Source: an uncultured delta proteobacterium (lineage in GTDB: Bacteria > Desulfobacterota > Binatia > UBA9968). From it: DNA of 13,087 bases. The translations under genes were made by a program, and so were the position numbers. Below, piece after piece: positions 7,108 through 13,087 of this stretch (position 1 is its first letter; each line of letters opens with the position of its first letter). Location: positions 1-13,087 of the forward strand of contig CAVUZH010000011.1 in the NCBI GenBank assembly GCA_963745835.1, written 5' to 3'. The notes below the pieces were generated by a model, which worked only from the letters and a program-made list of their open reading frames with translations, was not told where the DNA came from and searched no databases.

Positions 7108-7836
7108 TCAGCAGCTGCAATCTTTGCTAACGGTAGCAAGGACGAATATCTCATCTCCGCGCTTGTACGAATTTAAGAGAAACAAAAGGTAAAGCGTTTG
7201 CGCGATCAATTTTCTCACGCTACCGAACTCACCGGTCGTCCCCTTGCTATCGGTAAAGTCCAAAAGGTTTCGATACAACGGCGAATAAAATGGAAATCCC
7301 CACTCCAAGACCGAGAGGACAGTAAAACCACTCGATTCGATTTTCTTAACCAACTCACCTGGTGCATAGTTGCGAACGTGACCAACTTGCTTTTCAAACT
7401 CACGCATCCTCCCCTGGGGACTGGAAACCAGCAGATATCTACCAGTCATCTTCCTCAGATTTCGGAGAGCTAGTAGATCGTCGGGGATATGCTCCAAGAC
7501 TTCGCTACAAACGACGAGATCACATTGGTGGTCTAGAGATGCGTCCGTAACATCCAACACACGAAAGTGGCCATCGGGGACACGCCTGCATGCCAGGTTG
7601 ATCGCTGTAGATGAGATGTCTATCCCATGCGGGATGATATCGGGAAACTCCGCTTGCAATTCTTGTAAAAAGGAGCCCTGCCCGCAACCGACATCTAATA
7701 CTGACGTAAAGTTCAACGGCCGAATCATACTCTTGATGATTCGGCGAAGATGGCGGGAGAAAGGGCCGTACCTTTTCATGTCATCCCATTTTGACTCCCA
7801 GCCTTCATTGTAGTCTGCGATTGGCATTTCCTGCAT
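7108..7836 (-). CDS. Class I SAM-dependent methyltransferase (Methyltransf_23/UbiG-like)
   Basis: Motifs VLDVGCGQG, GIDIS, DLVVCSEVLEHIPDD and GHVRNY. The ORF track starts at 7902, overlapping the upstream gene. ATG 7836, with AGGT about 8 nt upstream, is preferred. Confidence 0.9.
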   Translation of the reverse strand: MQEMPIADYNEGWESKWDDMKRYGPFSRHLRRIIKSMIRPLNFTSVLDVGCGQGSFLQELQAEFPDIIPHGIDISSTAINLACRRVPDGHFRVLDVTDASLDHQCDLVVCSEVLEHIPDDLLALRNLRKMTGRYLLVSSPQGRMREFEKQVGHVRNYAPGELVKKIESSGFTVLSVLEWGFPFYSPLYRNLLDFTDSKGTTGEFGSVRKLIAQTLYLLFLLNSYKRGDEIFVLATVSKDCSC

Positions 7837-7864
7837 ATTGCTGACCTGCTTAACGGGGACAAGC

Positions 7865-8660
7865 CTAAGCGTTATGTCCCACCGGGACTTTCTCGAATAC
7901 AAATTCGTTGCAACCTGTAGGTACCGAAGCCGAAACAGATTGCCTGAGCTGCAATCCAGCTCGACTAAGAAAGGTTACGACCTCGTCCGCCGTCGCATAT
8001 TCATAAGGATAGCCGCCTACCCAATCGATCACGTCGAACCAAAAGTCCATGCCTCGTTCTTTATTCAACGGGTTGGTTCGAGTGACGAGAAATTTTGCAA
8101 TGTAAATAATTCCCGCGAAAACGACGATCATTGATTTTTGAACACAACCGAGGCGCCTGATTGTAGGTCCATTTGATGGCGCTCCATACCGGCGATGTGA
8201 TGTGCTTGTTATAGATCGCCAGCACAAAAGTACCACCGGGCGCAACGCAACTCGAAACATTGCGAATGGCCTTCCACATCGCCCCTGTATGATGCAACGA
8301 TCCCCACGCGTACACGAGGTCGAAAGTCCCGAAACGCTTGAGCTGTTCGCTCTCCAAGGCCGACGCAAGAGAGAATTCGACCGGCGCGCCCGGCGCCAGT
8401 TGGTTGAGATTGGCTTGAGACACTTGGATGCAACGGGGATTGACGTCTACCCCGACGACTTTCTTTGCGCCGAGCCGATGCGCCGCGATCGAAAAAAGCC
8501 CGCTGCCACAGCCAACATCGAAAAACGTCTTGCCTGCGAGATTTTTTTCTTCCAAGAGTGACTGCAAAGATTCACAAGCCATTTCCAAGCGGCGGGTATC
8601 AATCCGCTCGCTCGAAAAATCGGCCCAATTGGATCCAAAGTCGAAATTGCTGGGCATCAT
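7865..8660 (-). pseudogene. Class I SAM-dependent methyltransferase interrupted by a +1 frameshift near 8135-8148 (pseudogene or sequencing error)
   Basis: The N-half lies in ORF 8061..8684 (FDFGSNW, FDVGCGSGLFS, FDLVYAWGSLHHTG, GGTFVLAIY). The family-typical C-half lies in ORF 7865..8368 (RGMDFWFDVIDWVGGYPYEYA...GCNEFVF). ATG 8660 overlaps the asnB-like stop (ATGA). 8660 to 7865 spans 796 nt = 3n+1, so removing one base gives a 264-aa protein. Confidence 0.88.
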
Positions 8661-10555
8661 GTCGCAAGGAGCTGGTTCGACCACACCGCAAAGATCAGCA
8701 ACGCCCAGAGCTTCTTGCCGTGATTGAACTTACCGCGGTCATGCTCATCCAATAGGCGGCGAACCTCGGCTTGCTGAAACCATCCGGAGCAGTACTGGTT
8801 GCCGAGCAAGCGTTCACTCGCCCACTCGTGAAGGTCCTTTTTGAGCCACGACCCAATCGGCACGCCGAAGCCCTGCTTGCCGCGCGCGCAGATCGCCGGC
8901 GGCAACATTTCGCCGAACGCGGCTTTGAGCAACCATTTGCCTGCCATGCGTCGCACTTTGAGCCGCTCCGGCAATCGCGCCGTCCATGCGACCCATTCGA
9001 CGTCGAGAAAAGGGGAACGCGCTTCTATCGAATGAGCCATGGTCATACGATCGGTCTTGGGCAGGAGATCGCCCGAGAGATACGTGAGATGATCCGCGTA
9101 AAGCGTGCGATCGAGCAGACTCGAGGCATGCGCTTCATCATACGCGCGGGCGATCCAATCCGCTGTGTCGATCTGCGCAAACTCGTCGCGCCAGCGATCG
9201 GTATACAGCGCCAGCTTGTCGTCGTGCGTGAAATAAGAGCCCCATCGCACCAGTGAAGCTTTAGGCGTCGTCGCGGAAAACTGGCCAAGCCGCTTCAGTC
9301 CAGTGATCGGGTTGCGGTCTTCGGGTATCCAACTCGGTTCCGGCACGCAGCGCATCATCGCGGGCACCGCGCCTTGAGTGATCCAGCTTGGTAGCGCTGT
9401 ATACGGTTTAAGTAAGCCGTCGAGGGCATAGCGACGATAGCCGGCCAGGGTTTCGTCGCCGCCGTCGCCGCACAAAGCGACCGTTACGCTTTGCCGTGCT
9501 TGCCTTGAGAGCTCCAAGAGCGGAAGCGCCGCCGGATCTGCGAGCGGCTCGTCCGCCGCCCTGACCGATTCTTCGATTACTCGAACGAGGTCCTGCGCTC
9601 GAAAAACAAACTCGTGGTGGTCGGTCTTGTACTGTTCCGCGACCTGGCGCGCGAAATGAATCTCCGAGTATTTCGGTTCTTCAAAGCCGATCGAAAAAGT
9701 CTGCACGGGCTTACTGCTTCGCTGCGCCATCAGCGCGACGATCGTCGAGGAATCGATGCCGCCGCTAAGGAACGCACCGAGCGGCACTTCCGCGATCAAC
9801 CGCCGTTCGACAGCGGCGCTCAACCGTGCGCGCGCTTGTTCGATAGCTTCCCGGTCGTCGATTTGCCATTTAGGCTCGAACTCGAGCTGCCACCAGCGCG
9901 AAATAACCGGCTCTGCGCCTGACTCGACGACGAGCTTGTGCGCCGCCGGAAGCCGGTGCATGTCTTGGAAGATCGTCAGCGGCTCCGGCACGTATTGCAG
10001 CGTGAGATAGTGATGCAACGCGAGCGCATTGACGCGCCGTTCCACCCACGGGGCCGCGAGAATCGCCTTCGCCTCCGAGCCCCAGAGCAGCCCGCTCTTG
10101 GACCGGTGCCAATACAGCGGTTTTTTTCCCATTCGGTCGCGTGCCAAAAGAAGCCTATGTCGAGGCTCATCCCAGAGCGCCACGGCGAACATACCGTTCA
10201 GCCGGTGTAATACTTCATCGCCCCATTGCTCGTAGCCGTGGACGATCACTTCCGTATCACTGCGCGTTTTAAACTGGTGCCCACGGTCTTTAAGCTCGGC
10301 GCGCAATTCACGAAAATTGTAGATCTCGCCGTTAAAAACCACGACGATGGATCCGTCTTCGTTGCTGATTGGTTGCCTGCCGCCGGCGACATCGATGATC
10401 GCGAGGCGCGATATGCCAAAGCCGACTGCGCCTTTGAGGTAGTAGCCTTCGCTATCCGGGCCGCGGTGGCGGATCGTGGAGTTCAGCCGCCGTAAAAGCT
10501 CGCCGTCGACACTCTGCGCCGGATCGAAAGTGAGTTGACCGCAGATGCCGCACAT
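8657..10555 (-). CDS. asnB: Asparagine synthase (glutamine-hydrolysing) family amidotransferase, probably glycan-amidating given its context
   Basis: N-terminal nucleophile MCGICG; RHRGPD; FNGEIYNFRELR; SDTEVI; PP-loop FLSGGIDSS; GDGGDE; DRMTMAHSIEARSPFLD; KQGF. Confidence 0.95.
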   Translation of the reverse strand: MCGICGQLTFDPAQSVDGELLRRLNSTIRHRGPDSEGYYLKGAVGFGISRLAIIDVAGGRQPISNEDGSIVVVFNGEIYNFRELRAELKDRGHQFKTRSDTEVIVHGYEQWGDEVLHRLNGMFAVALWDEPRHRLLLARDRMGKKPLYWHRSKSGLLWGSEAKAILAAPWVERRVNALALHHYLTLQYVPEPLTIFQDMHRLPAAHKLVVESGAEPVISRWWQLEFEPKWQIDDREAIEQARARLSAAVERRLIAEVPLGAFLSGGIDSSTIVALMAQRSSKPVQTFSIGFEEPKYSEIHFARQVAEQYKTDHHEFVFRAQDLVRVIEESVRAADEPLADPAALPLLELSRQARQSVTVALCGDGGDETLAGYRRYALDGLLKPYTALPSWITQGAVPAMMRCVPEPSWIPEDRNPITGLKRLGQFSATTPKASLVRWGSYFTHDDKLALYTDRWRDEFAQIDTADWIARAYDEAHASSLLDRTLYADHLTYLSGDLLPKTDRMTMAHSIEARSPFLDVEWVAWTARLPERLKVRRMAGKWLLKAAFGEMLPPAICARGKQGFGVPIGSWLKKDLHEWASERLLGNQYCSGWFQQAEVRRLLDEHDRGKFNHGKKLWALLIFAVWSNQLLAT

Positions 10556-10558
10556 AAG

Positions 10559-11752
10559 TTAAATCTTGTGCTTCGCTTCTAGGGGAACCCGGCGCTCGGA
10601 TGGTGAAGAAGCGTCGACTAACTGCGTGAATATGTCACTGTAGCGTTGCGCGGCTGTCTCCCAGGAGAAATCGCTCGCGCGCCGGCGCGATGCTTCCCCC
10701 ATGCGCCGCGCAAGCGCCCGGTCGCGTGCCAATCGGCGCAGGTGCGCCGCCAATTCGGCAACGTCTGCCCAGTTAAAGATCAATCCGTTGACTTCGGGCT
10801 GCACCAATTCCGGCGTGCCGCCTGTCGGGGTCACGAGCACCGCGAGCCCGGCAGCCATCGCTTCGAGCAAAGCCACGCTCATTCCTTCATTGTAGGACGG
10901 TAGCACAAACACCTGAGCCGCGGCGTAATGCGCCGCAATTTGCTCGCGCGGAACATAACCGAAGAAGCGGACCCGCTCGTTTAACCCAAGCTTTGCGACT
11001 TGACCTTCATTAGTAGGTTGGGCGTCGCCCGTGCCGACGAGATCGAGTTTGACGTCGATTCCTTCATCGGTGAGCCGTTTCACCGCCTCGATCAGATGGT
11101 GCTGGCCCTTCCGCTCGATCAGCCGCCCGACGCAGACCACCCGAAGCGGCCCGTCATCGGGCACGGGCGGAGCCGCTGCAAATCTGTTCAGATCGACTCC
11201 GTTCGGGATCAGCAAGCAGTCGACGTTGGGATCGACGGCGTGGATCATCTCGATTTCCCGCGCTGATTTCGCGATCAATTTGTCCGCCGCGCGCCAGACT
11301 CTCCGTATGACAGGCGCTAGAAATAGGTGAATCGTTTGGTAGCGCTGCTCGAAACCGGGAATATCGGGACCGCAAACGCGCACGATGTAGCGCAGTTGGA
11401 GGATACGCTTGAGCGCCAGCGCCACCGCTCCGGCCGGCACGGTGCTCCAGGCAAAGGAAAGATCGTAAGGATTTTTGCGGTGCAGCTTGATCGCAAGCCA
11501 GAAGGCCCGTGCCGCATATTCGATCAGCTCGCGATTGGATGAATGATGAATGTCTTTGTTGCGAACCGGAACTTTGTGGATTTGGATCCTATTCGTGAAA
11601 GGTTCTTTCTCGGACAGCTTTCCCAGGGCGGAAGTGATGAGATCGATTTCCAGTCCCGGAAGGCAAGCGAATCGTTCCAGCACCGCTTGATTAGCGGTTC
11701 CCGTTCCGCCTCCAAGCGGCGGAAACTCGTTGTTGAGCATGAGGATGCGCAT
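10559..11752 (-). CDS. Glycosyltransferase family 4 (GT-B fold)
   Basis: Motifs MRILMLNNEFPPLGGG, IPNGVD, VGRLIERKG and FVLPSYNEGMSVALLEAMAAG (E-x7-E). The start overlaps the upstream stop (TAATG). Confidence 0.95.
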   Translation of the reverse strand: MRILMLNNEFPPLGGGTGTANQAVLERFACLPGLEIDLITSALGKLSEKEPFTNRIQIHKVPVRNKDIHHSSNRELIEYAARAFWLAIKLHRKNPYDLSFAWSTVPAGAVALALKRILQLRYIVRVCGPDIPGFEQRYQTIHLFLAPVIRRVWRAADKLIAKSAREIEMIHAVDPNVDCLLIPNGVDLNRFAAAPPVPDDGPLRVVCVGRLIERKGQHHLIEAVKRLTDEGIDVKLDLVGTGDAQPTNEGQVAKLGLNERVRFFGYVPREQIAAHYAAAQVFVLPSYNEGMSVALLEAMAAGLAVLVTPTGGTPELVQPEVNGLIFNWADVAELAAHLRRLARDRALARRMGEASRRRASDFSWETAAQRYSDIFTQLVDASSPSERRVPLEAKHKI

Positions 11753-12909
11753 TAACCAGCCCTGGACACGCGCCGCAAAACATACATTGGCCGTCTCTTC
11801 GCCTCTTCAAAAATCCTGCCGACATACTCGCCGATAACGCCCAACGTGACGAGCTGGATTCCCGCCAGAAAGAAAATCGATACAATGATGCTCGCATAAC
11901 CGGGAGGGTTCAGACCATAGATGAGTTTCTTGACAAAGAAGAAGACCGCCAGGATCAACGACGCCAGGGAAACGCTCAGGCCAAGAGCCGTGATGATTCG
12001 CAGCGGCACATAGCTGAATGAAATCAGTCCATCCAAGGCGAGGAGCATCAACCTGCCGACCGTATACTTCGACGTTCCGGCGGCTCGAGCGTGGCGCTCG
12101 AACGGGATGCCCACCTGATTGAAACCGACCCAACTGCGGATGCCGCGAACAAAGCGGCTGCGCTCAGGCATCTCTTTCAACAGATCGACGACGCGGCGGT
12201 CCATCACGCAAAAATCGCCGGCATCGAGCGGGATCTCGATATTCGACACACGACGCAGTACGCGATAGAACGCCGCGTAGCTGGTCCTTTTGAGCCAGTT
12301 CTCCTTGCGACGCTCGCGAATCGCGTAGACGACGTCGTAACCCTCGCGCCACTTGGCAATGAACTCAGGAAGCACTTCGGGTGGATCCTGCAGGTCCGCA
12401 TCCATGAGTGCGATGGCTTTTCCTCGCGTGAAATCGAGCCCGGCGGTGATCGCCACTTGATGCCCGAAGTTGCGGGCGAGTTCCAGGACGATCACGCGCT
12501 CGTCGGCTGCGGCAAGCTCCTGGAGCTTTTTGACGCTTTCATCTCTGCTGCCGTCATCGACGAAAACGATCTCAAAACTATTTCCGACATTCTCCAGCAC
12601 TCCCACCAAGCGGTCATAGAGAACCGGGATGTTCTCGACTTCGTTATAGATCGGAACGACAACCGAAAACTCCGGCGTCGAACTCAGCGCCGGCGACCCG
12701 GCTAACTGTCCAACTGCAAGATTCTTCTGCTCCGTTTCACCGAGCGGGCTTTCAATTTGCCGTGCCAACGCGCGACAAAATCGCAGCGCCGCCTCGGCGT
12801 CCTCAGTCGGGATCTGATCAGCGCAAGACCCAGCCGGAATATTCCGGTCAGCGATACGTGAAGTGGCTTTACTCAAGAAATACTGCCCCCGAACAGAAAA
12901 CCCATACAA
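11752..12909 (-). CDS. Glycosyltransferase family 2, polyprenyl-phosphate glycosyltransferase type (GtrB/ArnC/YkcC-like) with two C-terminal TM helices and an N-terminal extension
   Basis: Motifs SVVVPIYNE, FVDDGSRD, RNFGHQVA, MDADLQDPPE (DXD), GDF, RFVRG, then two TMs and GEYVGRIFEEAKRRPMY. The start is uncertain: TTG 12909, TTG 12876 (GGGGG upstream) or TTG 12768. Confidence 0.93.
   Translation of the reverse strand: MYGFSVRGQYFLSKATSRIADRNIPAGSCADQIPTEDAEAALRFCRALARQIESPLGETEQKNLAVGQLAGSPALSSTPEFSVVVPIYNEVENIPVLYDRLVGVLENVGNSFEIVFVDDGSRDESVKKLQELAAADERVIVLELARNFGHQVAITAGLDFTRGKAIALMDADLQDPPEVLPEFIAKWREGYDVVYAIRERRKENWLKRTSYAAFYRVLRRVSNIEIPLDAGDFCVMDRRVVDLLKEMPERSRFVRGIRSWVGFNQVGIPFERHARAAGTSKYTVGRLMLLALDGLISFSYVPLRIITALGLSVSLASLILAVFFFVKKLIYGLNPPGYASIIVSIFFLAGIQLVTLGVIGEYVGRIFEEAKRRPMYVLRRVSRAG
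12834..12847. other. Perfect 14-bp palindrome CCGGAATATTCCGG near the 5' end of the glycosylation operon
   Basis: Read directly from the sequence; function unknown. Confidence 0.5.
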
Positions 12910-13087
12910 ATCAATATTTTAATAGAATGACCGCTTTATCGCCAGCATTATTTTTTAAGCCGCGAATGGCCGAGGCACGAGTTCCAGGATGGACGTGATT
13001 GTTTCAGCCCGAGCTCTTTTCTAGAACTGGAACAGCGAACGGCATGCTTGCGTGAAAAATGGCTGGCGCAACAATTCTACAGCTTCA

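Noticed and set aside
8657-10555. AsnB homologue as a lasso-peptide cyclase, with the S8 protease as RiPP leader peptidase
   Set aside because: An intact N-terminal Cys glutaminase domain is present. No lasso B protein, RRE or precursor peptide is seen, the neighbours are glycosyltransferases, and the S8 enzyme is a large secreted multidomain type.
8771-12705. Long plus-strand ORFs such as 8771..9256 and 12091..12705
   Set aside because: These are antisense shadows of GC-rich genes with strong family motifs on the minus strand.
12750-12768. Sigma54-like TGGCACG...TTG on the minus strand
   Set aside because: The spacing is one base too long and the -12 GC is absent (TTGA); the site also lies within probable coding sequence.
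12745-12810. EDAEAALRFCRALARQIE resembling the last helix of a HEPN domain
   Set aside because: No Rx4-6H motif or remainder of the domain is visible; a generic amphipathic helix explains it equally well.
12928-13087. Possible gene fragments at the right edge (minus-strand tail ending at TAG 13021-13023, or a plus-strand start at ATG 13059)
   Set aside because: They are too short and mutually exclusive; this cannot be decided without flanking sequence.

Overview
Bacterial accessory region with two convergent units and no rRNA, tRNA, CRISPR array or mobile element that I can recognise. (1) Plus strand, about 162-3634: a small exported PrcB-C-terminal-domain protein whose stop overlaps (ATGA) the start of a 975-aa secreted S8 subtilisin-like protease. 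The protease has an intact D/H/S triad, two Ig-like accessory modules and three exact-period 330-bp (110-aa) IPT/TIG-like repeats with a mosaic identity pattern. The pairing recalls the Treponema dentilisin prcB/prtP locus but has no prcA. (2) Minus strand, about 12909 to 3805: a probable eight-gene surface-glycosylation operon. It encodes a GtrB/ArnC-like GT2, a GT4, an AsnB-type amidotransferase, three class I SAM methyltransferases (one split by a +1 frameshift near 8135-8148), an ArnT/PMT-like membrane GT-C and a TylF/MycF O-methyltransferase. GC content falls from the proximal to the distal genes. All product calls come from motif recognition by eye; no database search was run.
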